Shown here: positions 29,571 through 45,614 of the stretch, in pieces
Layout: every line of letters begins with the position of its first letter
How positions within the stretch are numbered: the first letter of the stretch is position 1
Source: Betaproteobacteria bacterium
GTDB taxonomy: Bacteria > Pseudomonadota > Gammaproteobacteria > Burkholderiales > Burkholderiaceae_C
Assembly (NCBI GenBank): GCA_013289985.1
Contig: JABCYW010000001.1
Coordinates: 79,772-143,771 of the forward strand
Length of the DNA stretch: 64,000 nt
Direction of reading: 5' to 3'
Position numbers and translations under genes: made by a program
The notes under the pieces: model-generated
The model's input: the letters and a program-made list of their open reading frames with translations, nothing else
What the model was told of the DNA's origin: nothing
The model's database searches: none

Positions 29571-30356
29571 TCAGTGGTCGATGAAGCATTGACTGAATGC
29601 GCCGCTGCGTCGATACATGTCGGCATTTTGCGACCAGGGGCCCAGCAGGCCGTTCGTGAAGTGGCTGCCGTCGGAACAGGCGGTCGTCGAGCCATCCATG
29701 CAATTGCAGGTGCCGATCACGCGCGGTATCTCGATGGCAGCGGACGGAAGGTCAGGAAGCCCGACGCTCCTGAGAGTTGCCGCAGAGTTCTTCGGCACCG
29801 TGACCGTCAATCTTGTATTGCTGGACTCCCAAAGCCCGATCACCCACCCGTAGCCCTGCCCCGGCTGGAACGTCGACGTCAGCGAGACAGTGTTCGCCTT
29901 GACGACGTAAGGCGGATCGACCTTGTTCCAACCGGGGCCGACCTGGAACTGCATGCCTGGAAGGCAGTCGTTCCCGCAGAAGTGATCCGTCGGGATATTG
30001 AAGCTCAACGTGATGGTGACCGGCACGCCGCTTCGATTGATGAACTCGTCCGGGCGAACCGGGCTCGGCATGCCGGATTGGTCGGCGACGAAATCGAAGC
30101 CCCAATACGCGTAGCCCGATGAGGGAACGCCTCCCAGGGGGCCGTCGTAGAGCGTCCCATCCGGCGTGAACGGCGGCACCGCCACTGTCGCCCCCGCCAC
30201 CGCCGTCGCACACGTGCTGTCCGCATTCCGCGGCTTGCAATCGCTCGGCCCCAGCTTCGCGGAGCCGGGCTCGGTGGCGAACGATGCCGGCGCGACGAGC
30301 GCGGCGAGTAGCGGGCAGAGCAGTCGAACCAGGGGCGCGAGGAACGAGAACGACAT
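29571..30356 (-). CDS. hypothetical secreted protein
   Basis: Signal peptide MSFSFLAPLVRLLCPLLAALVAPASFA. The mature part contains several Cys residues. Confidence 0.55.
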   Translation of the reverse strand: MSFSFLAPLVRLLCPLLAALVAPASFATEPGSAKLGPSDCKPRNADSTCATAVAGATVAVPPFTPDGTLYDGPLGGVPSSGYAYWGFDFVADQSGMPSPVRPDEFINRSGVPVTITLSFNIPTDHFCGNDCLPGMQFQVGPGWNKVDPPYVVKANTVSLTSTFQPGQGYGWVIGLWESSNTRLTVTVPKNSAATLRSVGLPDLPSAAIEIPRVIGTCNCMDGSTTACSDGSHFTNGLLGPWSQNADMYRRSGAFSQCFIDH

Positions 30357-31006
30357 GGCGTGGCGAGGCGTTGCGATGAACGGGATCCGGGCCCTCGCGA
30401 CAGCGCGCGAAACCCCGGCACTCGCGATCGATTCTGAGGCGTGCGCCGGATGTCGCCCCGCGCCGATCCGTCGATTTGGGCGACCTTCGCGCGCCATCGC
30501 GAATGCGCCCGGAAGCTGTTCTCGGCGTCCTAGATGCCGGACTCTAGATCGCGGTCGGCGCCCCCATTGACGCACCGCAGCACGCGGCGCAAGATTCGCG
30601 CTGTCGGGCCCTGGTGGCCGCTGACAGTGAGTCCAACTTGCGTACTTTTCGCTCCAGCGGCGCCTCGCGCGCCGCGCCCGCCGGCCTCAGCGACCTGAGC
30701 CCGGCCCCGATCGGCAACGTCGTCGTTGCCGCGTCCGACGCAGCGGCATGTTCGCCGCGCGATGGCAGCGATTGCGCCGCCCCTCCAGGCTTGCGACACC
30801 GGCGCGGCGCGCCGGAGCTGGCCTGACGGCACCTCCGCCACTCCCTTGCTGAACGTTCCGGCAGACGGCCTCGCGGCCGCGTGCCGCGCGCTCCCGTTCC
30901 GGGCTTCTTCGTGCAGGACTCCAGCGACCTGGCGCACACGCGCCGGCGCGGCCCGCGCACGCCCGGACACAACACCAACGAGTGACAACACTCGAGGAAG
31001 GTCATC

Positions 31007-32995
31007 ATGTTCTCGGATTTCTTTCACAGTGGCTGGACCACCGGCTCGGCCACCGCGGCCGCGCTGGGCCTGACGCTCGCGGCGCTGCTGGTCCTGTGGC
31101 TGCTCGCGTCCTTGTCGGGCGCGGTGCGCTACATCCCCAACGACCGCGTCGGGGTCGTCGAGAAGCTGTGGAGCGGCAGCGGCTCGGTCAAGCTGGGCCT
31201 GCTCGCGCTGAACGGCGAGGCCGGCTTCCAGCCCGAACTGCGCCGCGGCGGCTTCCACTTCTTCACGCCGCTGCAGTACCGCGTGCACATCTGCCCGATG
31301 GTGTCGGTGACGCAGGGCAAGATCGGCTACGTGTTCGCGCGTGACGGCGTCGACCTGCCCGCGGGCCAGACGCTGGCCGACAACGCCACGGTCAGCAACT
31401 TCCTCGACGTGCGCACCTTCCTCGCCGGCGGCGGCCAGAAGGGCCCGCAGCGCAAGATCCTGCGCGAAGGCACGCACATCATCAACCCGGCGCTGTTCGT
31501 GGTGATGACGGAGGAGGCCACGTACTCGATGACGATGGACGCCACCGAGCGCGAGTACTACCAGAAGATGCGCGAGCTGCTGGACCAGCGCCGCGGCTTC
31601 TCGCCGCTGGTGATCAAGGGCACGGAAGACTCTCACGCGTCCGACCTGCTGGCCGTGGTGACGGTGCAGGACGGCCCCGCCCTGCCCCGCGACGAGCTGC
31701 TCGCGCCCGACGTGGGCGACCTCCACAACTCGTTCCAGGAACCCGAGCGCTTCCTCAAGGCCGGTGGCAAGCGCGGCCGCCAGGAGCGCGTGCTGGTGGA
31801 AGGCACCTACTACATCAACCGCCTGTTCGCGACGGTGGAGCTGATCAACAAGACGGTGATCCCGGTCGGATTCGTGGGCGTGGTGGTGTCGTACACGGGC
31901 CGCAAGGGCAACGACGTGTCGGGCGCCGAGTATTCGCACGGCGAGCTGGTGGAGACCGGCTGCCGCGGCGTGTGGCGCGACCCGCTGATGCCCGGCAAGT
32001 ACGCGTTCAACACCTACGCCGGCAAGATCGAGCTGGTGCCCACCACCAACTTCGTGCTGATGTGGCAGTCGGGCGCCAGCGGTTCGAACTTCGATTCGAA
32101 CCTGCGCGAGATCACGCTGATCACCAAGGACGCGTTCGAGCCGCTGCTGCCGCTGTCGGTGGTGGTGCACATCGACTACCGCAAGGCGCCGATGGTGGTG
32201 CAGCGCTTCGGCAACGTGAAGCAGCTGGTGGAGCAGACGCTCGACCCGATGGTGTCGTCGTACTTCAAGAACGTGTCGCAGACGCGCACGTTCATCGAGC
32301 TGATCCAGTCGCGCAGCGAGCTGCAGGCCGGCGCGTCCGTCGACATGCGTGGCCGCTTCCAGGCCTATTCGCTGGAGTTCCAGGAGGTGCTGATCGGCAC
32401 GCCGAAGCCGCAGCCGGGCGACAACCGCATCGAGAACATCATGTCGCAGCTGCGTGATCGCCAGATCGCGCGCGAGCAGGTGGAGACGTTCGCGCAGAAG
32501 CAGATCGCGGCCGACAAGCAGCGCGAGCTGAACGAGGCCGAGAAGCGCGCCGAGAAGCAGGCCGAGCTCACGTCGTCGCTGGTGGACATCTCCATCAAGG
32601 ACAACAACGGCGCCGCGCTGGTGAAGGCCGCCGAGCGCCGCCGCCAGGAGATGGAGTCGCTGGCCCAGGGCGAGAAGTTCCGCCAGGAGAACGAGGGCGC
32701 GGGCCGCGCGTCGGCGATCAAGGCGGTGGGCGAGGCCGAGGCCGCGGCCATCAAGGCCAAGTCCGACGCGCTGGAAGGCGAAGGCGCGGACAAGCAGCTG
32801 ATGCAGACCGTGATGCTGCGCCTGGCCGAGGCCTTCGAGACGGCGCGCGTGCCGCTGGTGCCGCAGATCCAGGTGGGCGGCTCTTCCGGCGACGGCGGCG
32901 GCAACGCGTTCGGCACGCTGCTGTCGCTGATGAACTCGCTCAAGGCCGCGGAGCTGGCGCGCCTGGGTACCTCGGGCACGCGCCCGTCCGCGTGA
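31007..32995 (+). CDS. SPFH/band-7 flotillin-like protein (YqiK/FloT-type)
   Basis: N-terminal TM, an SPFH domain, and a long Ala/Glu/Lys/Gln-rich coiled-coil tail (AEKRAEKQAEL..., EAEAAAIKAKSDALEGE). Confidence 0.7.
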   Translation: MFSDFFHSGWTTGSATAAALGLTLAALLVLWLLASLSGAVRYIPNDRVGVVEKLWSGSGSVKLGLLALNGEAGFQPELRRGGFHFFTPLQYRVHICPMVSVTQGKIGYVFARDGVDLPAGQTLADNATVSNFLDVRTFLAGGGQKGPQRKILREGTHIINPALFVVMTEEATYSMTMDATEREYYQKMRELLDQRRGFSPLVIKGTEDSHASDLLAVVTVQDGPALPRDELLAPDVGDLHNSFQEPERFLKAGGKRGRQERVLVEGTYYINRLFATVELINKTVIPVGFVGVVVSYTGRKGNDVSGAEYSHGELVETGCRGVWRDPLMPGKYAFNTYAGKIELVPTTNFVLMWQSGASGSNFDSNLREITLITKDAFEPLLPLSVVVHIDYRKAPMVVQRFGNVKQLVEQTLDPMVSSYFKNVSQTRTFIELIQSRSELQAGASVDMRGRFQAYSLEFQEVLIGTPKPQPGDNRIENIMSQLRDRQIAREQVETFAQKQIAADKQRELNEAEKRAEKQAELTSSLVDISIKDNNGAALVKAAERRRQEMESLAQGEKFRQENEGAGRASAIKAVGEAEAAAIKAKSDALEGEGADKQLMQTVMLRLAEAFETARVPLVPQIQVGGSSGDGGGNAFGTLLSLMNSLKAAELARLGTSGTRPSA

Positions 32996-33016
32996 ACGAC
33001 GCGTGCGGCGCCTGGC

Positions 33017-36742
<3,726 letters not shown>

Positions 36743-36821
36743 GCAGGCCAGGCCCAGGGCGAGCGCCGCCGACGCGGCTCGGGTGGGTCGCCCGACGGGA
36801 GCGGGATGGCGTGCCAGAACG

Positions 36822-37760
36822 CTAGTCCGACAGCCGGGTCACGCCTTCCAGCGTGCACGCGTAGACGGCGTTGCGAAGCGCGGCGATGGCCTCGTAGCGC
36901 GGGAAGCTGCGCCGCCAGGCGAGCACGATCCGGCGCGTGGGCACCGGCGCCTCGAACGGGATGTAGGTGACGAGCGCGTGCGACTGCGGGTCGTCCATGC
37001 CGTGCGTGATGGACAGCCGCGGCACCACGGTGACGCCCATGCCCGAAGCCACCATGTGCTTGATGGTCTCCAGCGACGAGCCCTCGAAGCTCTTGCGGAT
37101 GCCCTCGGCGTCGTTGGAGAAGCGGGCGAACTCGGGACACACCTCCAGCACGTGGTCGCGGAAGCAGTGGCCGGTGCCCAGCAGCAGCATGGTCTCCTGC
37201 TTCAGTCGTTCCGACGAGATCGACTTCTCGCTCGCCAGCGCGTGCGCGCGGGGAACGGCCACGACGAAGGGCTCGTCGTACAGCGGCGCGATGGCCAGGC
37301 CGCTGTCGGGAAAGGGCTCGGCCATGATCGCGCAATCGAGCTCGCCGGTGCGCAGCATGTCCAGCAGCTTGACGGTGAAGTTCTCCTGCAGCATTAGCGG
37401 CATCTGCGGCGTCAGCTCGATGGCGTGGCGCACCAGTTGCGGCAGCAGGTACGGCCCGATCGTGTAGATGATGCCCAGCTTCAGCGGGCCGGACAACGGA
37501 TCCTGGCCGCGCTTGGCGATCTCCTTGATCGCCGCCGCCTGCTCGATGACGCTCTGCGCCTGGCGCACGATGGCCGTGCCCAGCGTCGTCAGGCTCACCT
37601 CGTTGCTGCCACGCTCGAAGATCTTGACGTCGAGCTCTTCCTCGAGCTTCTTGATCGCCACGGACAGCGTGGGCTGCGACACGAAGCACGCCTCGGCCGC
37701 GCGGCCGAAGTGGCGTTCGCGGGCGACCGCGACGATGTAGCGCAGCTCGGTGAGGGTCAT
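36822..37760 (-). CDS. oxyR: LysR-family regulator, OxyR-like (hydrogen peroxide-responsive activator)
   Basis: MTLTELRYIVAVARERHFGRAAEACFVSQPTLSVAIKKLEEEL plus conserved Cys residues (LGTGHCFRD). Confidence 0.8.
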   Translation of the reverse strand: MTLTELRYIVAVARERHFGRAAEACFVSQPTLSVAIKKLEEELDVKIFERGSNEVSLTTLGTAIVRQAQSVIEQAAAIKEIAKRGQDPLSGPLKLGIIYTIGPYLLPQLVRHAIELTPQMPLMLQENFTVKLLDMLRTGELDCAIMAEPFPDSGLAIAPLYDEPFVVAVPRAHALASEKSISSERLKQETMLLLGTGHCFRDHVLEVCPEFARFSNDAEGIRKSFEGSSLETIKHMVASGMGVTVVPRLSITHGMDDPQSHALVTYIPFEAPVPTRRIVLAWRRSFPRYEAIAALRNAVYACTLEGVTRLSD

Positions 37761-37829
37761 GCCGTATTGTGATGACTCCGGGCCTCCAGGGGGGACCCGT
37801 ATTGACCCGCGCAACACTTTAGGGCGTCG

Positions 37830-39944
37830 TCAGGCTTTCATCCACTCCAGCTTGCCGCCGAGCCAGCGTTCGACGTGGGCCGACGCGGCGCCGGGCGCCC
37901 GGGCCAGCAGCTCCGGCGCCACCTGGCGCACGTGCGCAAGCAGCGGCGCGTCCTCTTCCAGGTCGGCGAAGCGCAGCAGCTGGTCGCCCGACTGGCGGGC
38001 GCCCATGAACTCGCCCGGGCCGCGGATCTGGAGGTCGCGCCTGGCGATCTCGAAGCCGTCGGTGGTCTCGGCCATCGCCTTCAGCCGCTCCTTGCCCACC
38101 AGCGACAGCGGCGGCGCGTACAGCAGCACGCAGACGCTGGCGGCGCTGCCTCGTCCCACCCGGCCGCGCAGCTGGTGCAGCTGGGCCAGGCCGAAGCGCT
38201 CTGCGTGCTCGATCACCATCAGGCTGGCGTTGGGCACGTCCACGCCCACCTCGATGACCGTGGTGGCCACGAGTACCGGCAGCGCGCCGGACTTGAACTG
38301 CGCCATCGTCGCGGCCTTGTCGGCCGGCTTCATTCGACCGTGCAGCAGCCCCACGCCCACGCCGGGCAGCGCGGCGGCGAGCGCGGCGTGGGTGTCGGTG
38401 ACGTTCTGCAGCGTCAGCGGCTCGGCGCGGCCGGCGAATTCGGCGGCGGCGTTCTCGGCGTCCTCCGACTCCTCGATCAGCGGGCACACCCAGTAGACCT
38501 GCCGTCCGGCGGCGATGTCGTCGCGGATTCGTTCCACCACGTCGGGCCGGCGGGTGTCGGCGAACACGCGCGTGACGATGGGCGTGCGGCCGGGCGGCAG
38601 CTCGTCGATGGTGCTCACGTCCAGGTCGGCGAAGTAGGTCATCGCCAGCGTGCGGGGAATGGGCGTGGCCGTCATCATCAGCAGGTGCGGCTCCAGTCCC
38701 TCGATGGCGAGCTTGCGCCGCAGCGCCAGGCGCTGCTGCACGCCGAAGCGGTGCTGCTCGTCGACGATGGCGAGCCCCAGCCGGGCGAACTCCACGCCTT
38801 CCTGGATGACCGCGTGCGTGCCCACGATGAGCCTGGCCGCGCCGCTGGCCACCTGCTCGAGCGCCTTCGCCCGGGCCTTGCCCTTGCGGCTGCCGCTGAG
38901 CCAGGCCACCTCGATGCCCAACGGCTGCACCCACTGGACGAGCTTGGCGAAGTGCTGCTCGGCCAGGATCTCGGTGGGCGCCATCAGCGCGCACTGCCAG
39001 CCGGCGTCCATCGCCACTGCGGCCGCGAGCGCGGCCACCACCGTCTTGCCGGCGCCCACGTCGCCTTGCAGCAGGCGGTGCATCGGGCGCGGGCCGGCGA
39101 GGTCGGCGACGATCTCGTCGACCACGCGCCGCTGCGCGCCGGTGAGGCCGAAGGGCAGCACGCCCAGCAGCTTCTCGTGCAGGCCGCCGCTGCGAGGCAC
39201 GATCCCGGGCGCGCGCAACAGCGCGCGTTCCGCGCGTGAGGCCAGCTGCGACAGCTGCTGCGCGAGCAGCTCCTCGAATTTCAGGCGCTGCGCGGCCGGG
39301 TGGCTGCCCGCCTCGAGCTCGTGCAGCGACACGTCGGGCGGCGGGTGGTGCAGCGTCTCCACGGCCACCCGCAGCGACGGCAGCCCCTCGGGAATCACCT
39401 GCGGCGGCAACACCTCCTGCAGCGGAGCCCGCGCCAGGCTGCTGGCGATCACCTTGCGCAGGTAGGGCTGGGGCAGCTGCGCCGTGGTCGGGTAGACCGG
39501 CGTCAGCGACGGCGGCAGCGGCGCGCCCGGCACCACCGCCTTGAAGCTGGGGTGCACCATCTCGCGCCCGAGGAAGCCGCCGCGGATCTCGCCGCGCACG
39601 CGCACGCGCTGGCCCGGGGCGAAGGTCTTCTGGTGCGAGGGATAGAAGTTGAGGAAGCGCAGCACCAGCTCGGCGTCCGACTCGTCGACGATCTTGGCGA
39701 TGAACTGGCGCCGGCCGCGCTGCTCCACCCGCGACTCGAGCACGGTGCCCTCGACCTGCACCTTCTCGCCCGGGTAGGCGCGGGCGATGGGCGTGACCTG
39801 CGTCTCGTCCTCGTAGCGCAGCGGCAGGTGCAGCGCGAGGTCGATGGCGCGCACGAGGCCCAGCCGCTGCAGCGCCCTTTGCGGGGCGCTCAGTTCGGCC
39901 TTCTCGGTGGCGCCGTCGGCGGGCTTGCTGGACATGCGGGGCAT
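37830..39944 (-). CDS. recG: ATP-dependent DNA helicase RecG
   Basis: Wedge domain, helicase motif I GDVGAGKTVVA, a DEQH box and a TRG motif. Starts at MPRMSSK; the ORF-track extension was rejected. Confidence 0.9.
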   Translation of the reverse strand: MPRMSSKPADGATEKAELSAPQRALQRLGLVRAIDLALHLPLRYEDETQVTPIARAYPGEKVQVEGTVLESRVEQRGRRQFIAKIVDESDAELVLRFLNFYPSHQKTFAPGQRVRVRGEIRGGFLGREMVHPSFKAVVPGAPLPPSLTPVYPTTAQLPQPYLRKVIASSLARAPLQEVLPPQVIPEGLPSLRVAVETLHHPPPDVSLHELEAGSHPAAQRLKFEELLAQQLSQLASRAERALLRAPGIVPRSGGLHEKLLGVLPFGLTGAQRRVVDEIVADLAGPRPMHRLLQGDVGAGKTVVAALAAAVAMDAGWQCALMAPTEILAEQHFAKLVQWVQPLGIEVAWLSGSRKGKARAKALEQVASGAARLIVGTHAVIQEGVEFARLGLAIVDEQHRFGVQQRLALRRKLAIEGLEPHLLMMTATPIPRTLAMTYFADLDVSTIDELPPGRTPIVTRVFADTRRPDVVERIRDDIAAGRQVYWVCPLIEESEDAENAAAEFAGRAEPLTLQNVTDTHAALAAALPGVGVGLLHGRMKPADKAATMAQFKSGALPVLVATTVIEVGVDVPNASLMVIEHAERFGLAQLHQLRGRVGRGSAASVCVLLYAPPLSLVGKERLKAMAETTDGFEIARRDLQIRGPGEFMGARQSGDQLLRFADLEEDAPLLAHVRQVAPELLARAPGAASAHVERWLGGKLEWMKA

Positions 39945-40078
39945 TCTCGCGCCTGCCGCGTTGTTTCCCGGTGCGCGAATCGGCCAAATCGAACGAATGC
40001 GCACAGCGAAATACAAGCCGATACCAACCTGGCTCGCCAGTTGCCTGACAATATCGGCTGTCGCTTCCGCTGTCCAAC

Positions 40079-40207
40079 ATGCGCCTCATTGCCCGTTTCG
40101 TGTTCCTGATGGTTGCCGTCTTCGGCGTGAGCCTGGCCTTCGCGTGGGCCTGGGACAAGTCCGACAAGCCCCAGGACGCCAGCGTCCACGCCACCACGGC
40201 CACCTGA
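40079..40207 (+). CDS. candidate 42-aa small hydrophobic protein upstream of queA
   Basis: [42 protein letters not shown]: one predicted TM helix, with GC3 near 90% as in bona fide genes of this genome. It is not in the ORF track because it falls below the size cutoff. It ends 7 nt before queA. Confidence 0.35.
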   Translation: MRLIARFVFLMVAVFGVSLAFAWAWDKSDKPQDASVHATTAT

Positions 40208-40214
40208 GCCCGAC

Positions 40215-41342
40215 GTGGCCGACGAGAACGTCGCGGCGGCCCGCGATGCCGTCCACCTGCCGCCGCCTTCGGGCGAGCATCGCCTCGGCGACTTCGATTT
40301 CGAACTGCCCGACGAGCTGATCGCGCAGCATCCGGCGGCCGAGCGCAGCGCCTCGCGCCTACTCGATGGCACGTCGACGCCGTTCGTCGACCGCATCTTC
40401 CGCGGGTTTCCCGCCCTGCTGGACGCCGGCGACCTGCTGGTGTTCAACGACACCCGCGTGATCAAGGCGCGCCTGTTCGGTACCAAGGCCACGGGCGGCG
40501 GCGTGGAGGTTCTGGTCGAGCGCGTGCTGCCGCCGGACGAGGCCTGGGCCCACATCCGCGCCAGCAAGTCGCCCAGGGCCGGCACCACGCTCACGTTCGG
40601 CGACGCCGCGGCCGGCACGAGCTTCGAGGTGCAGGTGCTGGGCCGCTGCGGCCCGGAAGACTCGATGTTCCACCTGCGCTTCCCGGGCGACGTCTTCGCG
40701 CTGCTGGAGCAGCACGGCCACGTGCCGCTGCCACCCTACATCACGCACGCCGACGAGGCCGACGACGTGCGGCGCTACCAGACCGTGTTCGCCGACCGTC
40801 CCGGCGCCGTGGCCGCGCCCACCGCCGCGCTGCATTTCGACGACGCGCTGCTGGCCGAGATCGCGGCGCGCGGCGTGCAGTCGGCGCGCGTCACGCTGCA
40901 CGTGGGCGCGGGCACCTTCCAGCCGGTGCGCAGCGAGAAGCTGGACGAGCACCAGATGCACACCGAGTGGTTCGACGTGCCGCAGGCCACCGTCGATGCG
41001 GTGTTGCGCACGCGGACCGCGGGCGGGCGCGTCGTGGCCATCGGCACCACCACCGTCCGTGCGCTCGAGTCGGCGGCCGAGGCGGCGCGCCAGGCCGGCG
41101 CGCCGGGCTCGCTGCAGGCTGGGCCGGGCGAGACGCGCATCTTCATCACGCCGGGCTACCGCTTCCAGGTGGTCGACCGGCTGGTGACCAACTTCCACCT
41201 GCCCAGGAGCACGCTGATGATGCTGGTGAGCGCGTTCTCGGGCATGGAGCGCATCCGCGCGCTGTACGCGCATGCGATCGCGCAGCGCTACCGGTTCTTC
41301 AGCTACGGCGACGCCATGCTGTTGGACCGGGTGGATCAGTAG
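40215..41342 (+). CDS. queA: S-adenosylmethionine:tRNA ribosyltransferase-isomerase QueA
   Basis: [27 protein letters not shown] and the rest of the QueA fold. Starts at a GTG. Confidence 0.9.
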   Translation: MADENVAAARDAVHLPPPSGEHRLGDFDFELPDELIAQHPAAERSASRLLDGTSTPFVDRIFRGFPALLDAGDLLVFNDTRVIKARLFGTKATGGGVEVLVERVLPPDEAWAHIRASKSPRAGTTLTFGDAAAGTSFEVQVLGRCGPEDSMFHLRFPGDVFALLEQHGHVPLPPYITHADEADDVRRYQTVFADRPGAVAAPTAALHFDDALLAEIAARGVQSARVTLHVGAGTFQPVRSEKLDEHQMHTEWFDVPQATVDAVLRTRTAGGRVVAIGTTTVRALESAAEAARQAGAPGSLQAGPGETRIFITPGYRFQVVDRLVTNFHLPRSTLMMLVSAFSGMERIRALYAHAIAQRYRFFSYGDAMLLDRVDQ

Positions 41343-41345
41343 CCC

Positions 41346-42293
41346 TCAGCAGCTCTCGCACCCCGCCGCCGCCAGCCACGGATCGCGCTGGCTCTGGCCG
41401 AAGGTGGCCACCAGGAAATCGACGAACGCGCGGGTGCGCATGGGCACGTGCTTGCGCGTGGGCATCGCGGCGAACAGCGTCACCGTCTGCATGAGCCATT
41501 GCGGCAGCACGCGTTCCAGTGCCTGCTCCATCAGCGCGTCCTCGGCCATGAACGACGGCAGGCCGGCGATGCCCAGGCCCGCGAGGGCCGCGGCGTAGAG
41601 CGTGTCGCTGTGCGTGGTCATCAGCGGCGGCAGCGCGCGCAGTTCCACCACCTCCGGATCGCCGTCGCCCCAGGCCGGCTTGAAGGTCAGCTCGCGCTGT
41701 TCGCTGGGCGGGGTGGGCATCAGCGTGTCGTGGTGGGCCAGGTCGCGCGGATGCAGGGGGCGGCCGTGCTGGGCGAGGTATTCCGGCGTCGCGCACAGGA
41801 TCACCTCCGACGTGGCGACGCGGCGCGCGATGAACGCGCCCTCGATGGGCCGCGCGCGCTGCACGATGATCGTCACGTCGTGGTTCTCGTCGGGCGTCTC
41901 CACCGAGGCGCTGACGGTCAGCTCCAGCGTCACCTTCGGGTGCAGCGCGCGAAAGCGCGGCAGGTGCTTGGCGAGCTGGTGCACGGCGAAGCCGGGCGGC
42001 ACCAGCACGCTGAGCCTGCCGCGCGCCTCGGCGGTGGCGATGCCGGCCACGGCCTCGGCATCGTCCACCTCGCTGAGGATGTTGCGCACCCGCTCGAGGT
42101 AGTCCTCGCCGACGTCGGTGAGCGCCAGGCGGCGCGTGGTGCGGTTGATCAGGCGGGCGCCGAGGTGCTCCTCGAGCTCGGCCACCAGCCGCGTGGCGAC
42201 CGCCGGCGCGATGTCCATCGCGGTGGCCGCCTTGGCGAAGCCGCCGGCATCGATGACGCGGGCGAATACCCGCATGGCACGCAGCTGATCCAT
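41346..42293 (-). CDS. LysR family transcriptional regulator
   Basis: N-terminal HTH MDQLRAMRVFARVIDAGGFAKAATAMDIAPAVATRLVAELEEHLGARLI plus a LysR substrate-binding domain. Confidence 0.85.
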   Translation of the reverse strand: MDQLRAMRVFARVIDAGGFAKAATAMDIAPAVATRLVAELEEHLGARLINRTTRRLALTDVGEDYLERVRNILSEVDDAEAVAGIATAEARGRLSVLVPPGFAVHQLAKHLPRFRALHPKVTLELTVSASVETPDENHDVTIIVQRARPIEGAFIARRVATSEVILCATPEYLAQHGRPLHPRDLAHHDTLMPTPPSEQRELTFKPAWGDGDPEVVELRALPPLMTTHSDTLYAAALAGLGIAGLPSFMAEDALMEQALERVLPQWLMQTVTLFAAMPTRKHVPMRTRAFVDFLVATFGQSQRDPWLAAAGCESC

Positions 42294-42474
42294 CGGATTC
42301 TTCCTGAAACTTCAATAAACAATTCTATGACTGCCTGTTTATCCCCAAGGACGTCAGGAATACAGTGGATTCATCGATGAAGCGCAGACACACACAACGC
42401 GTCACCGAGGCCCGGTGGAAGCCCTGAAGGCAAGCCCCCGGACATCCTCAAACTGTTGAAGAAAGAAGTTCATC

Positions 42475-44044
<1,570 letters not shown>

Positions 44045-44081
44045 GGCGCCGGCCGACTCCCGTCGGCCTGGCGCGCCGCGC

Positions 44082-44999
44082 TCACTGGATCTGCGTGGCC
44101 GACGTGACGACGGCGTTGGGTACCGGCAGGCAATCGGTGGTGCCGGGGGCGGAGTTGGTCACGCACGACGACGGCGCCGCGACGATCGCGTTCACGACCG
44201 ACGTCCCGGCAGTGATGGCTCCGAACACGGTGTAGTAGCCGTCCAGGTTCGTGTTGTTGGCGAGGTTGAAGAAGAACTGGGACGTGGTGGTGATCGAGTC
44301 GACCGACGGCGGGCTGTTTGCATTGGCCATCGAGATCGACCACATCACGTTGCTCAAACCGGTGGACTCGACGGCGATGGCCGGGAACGTGCCGGTCTTG
44401 AGCGTGGCCGTCGACACGCTCGTGATCTGCGGCGCGTAGCCGCCGCCCTGCGCGATGAAGCCCGAGACGACGCGATGGAAGATCGTGTTGTTGTACCAGC
44501 TCGTGTTCACGTAGTGCAGGAAGTTGTCGACCGTCTTCGGTGCCTTGTCCGGCGCCAGCGTGATGTCGATGTTGCCCACGGCGCTCAGGCCGTTGTTGAC
44601 CGCCATTCGCACGATGGGTGCCGGCACGGTCAGGGTGGCCGAGCCCACCTGCGTGCCGTTGGACTTGGCGATCACCGAGCCGGTGAGGCCGCCGCTGACG
44701 GTGCACGAATACGTGGCGCTGGTCGATGTGCTGCCGGATTGCAGCGTCATGCCCGTGCAGACGGAGGACGTGACGGCGAGCGTGCTGTCGAGGCCCGTAC
44801 CATTGATCGTGATGGTGGCCGGCGACGCGTACTTGGTGGCGCTGACGACCAGGGCAGAGACCGTGGCGGTGGGCGTGCCGCCGCCGCTGCTGCTGCTCTT
44901 GCCGCCGCCGCACGCGGAAAGCAGGGCGAGCGTGGCGATCGTCAGGCTCGCGACGCCGATGGCGCGCACGGTGGCGAATGCATGGGGACGTTGCTGCAT
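44082..44999 (-). CDS. lipoprotein with a C-terminal cyclophilin-type peptidyl-prolyl isomerase domain
   Basis: Lipobox LLSACGGG, a Ser/Thr-rich N-terminal half, then cyclophilin motifs FHRVVSGFIAQGGG and MANANSPPSVDSITTTSQFFFNL. Confidence 0.7.
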   Translation of the reverse strand: MQQRPHAFATVRAIGVASLTIATLALLSACGGGKSSSSGGGTPTATVSALVVSATKYASPATITINGTGLDSTLAVTSSVCTGMTLQSGSTSTSATYSCTVSGGLTGSVIAKSNGTQVGSATLTVPAPIVRMAVNNGLSAVGNIDITLAPDKAPKTVDNFLHYVNTSWYNNTIFHRVVSGFIAQGGGYAPQITSVSTATLKTGTFPAIAVESTGLSNVMWSISMANANSPPSVDSITTTSQFFFNLANNTNLDGYYTVFGAITAGTSVVNAIVAAPSSCVTNSAPGTTDCLPVPNAVVTSATQIQ

Positions 45000-45119
45000 G
45001 ATGGTTGGAATAGACGAAAACGTGGATGGTAGGTCATGTGCCCGCGACGCACTGTTAAGTCGTCGTTAATGATGCGTGGTCGTCGTCCCCATACCACCCC
45101 CGGGTAAGCTGCGATTCTC

Positions 45120-45614
45120 ATGTCCACGCCGTTGCAAACCGTCTGGAGCGCCATCAAGCGGCCGGTTCGCTGGTTGCTCGCGCTGCTGATCCTGTTCGAG
45201 GAATGGGGCTGGACGCCGTTGGCGCGCGCGTTGGCGCGCCTCGCGCGACGGGCCGGCGTGCGGCGGCTGGAGCGACGCATCGAGGGCCTGGGTCCGCGCG
45301 TCGCGTTCGCCGTGCTGTTCGTGCCGGCGCTGGCGTTGCTGCCCATCAAGATCGGCGCGCTGTGGCTGGTGGGCCTGGGCCGTGTCGTGACGGGTATCGC
45401 GATCCTGCTTGCGGCGAAGATCCTGGGCACGGCGGTGGTCGCCCGGCTGTTCACGTTGACGCAGCCGCAGTTGATGCGCATGGGCTGGTTCGCGCGCGCC
45501 TACGTGCGCTGGATCGCGTGGAAGACGCGCGTCGTCGCGAGCCTGCTCGACTCGTCCGGCTGGCGCGCCGGTCGCGCGCTGGCGGCGCGCGCCCGTAGGC
45601 TGTGGACTAGATGA
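45120..45614 (+). CDS. hypothetical membrane protein
   Basis: A 164-aa product with 3-4 predicted TM segments and no recognisable domain. Confidence 0.5.
   Translation: MSTPLQTVWSAIKRPVRWLLALLILFEEWGWTPLARALARLARRAGVRRLERRIEGLGPRVAFAVLFVPALALLPIKIGALWLVGLGRVVTGIAILLAAKILGTAVVARLFTLTQPQLMRMGWFARAYVRWIAWKTRVVASLLDSSGWRAGRALAARARRLWTR

Noticed and set aside
37819-40203. A 794-aa minus-strand ORF in another frame over recG, and a 454-aa plus-strand ORF.
   Set aside because: RecG helicase motifs are all in the 37830-40016 frame. These alternatives are low-complexity.
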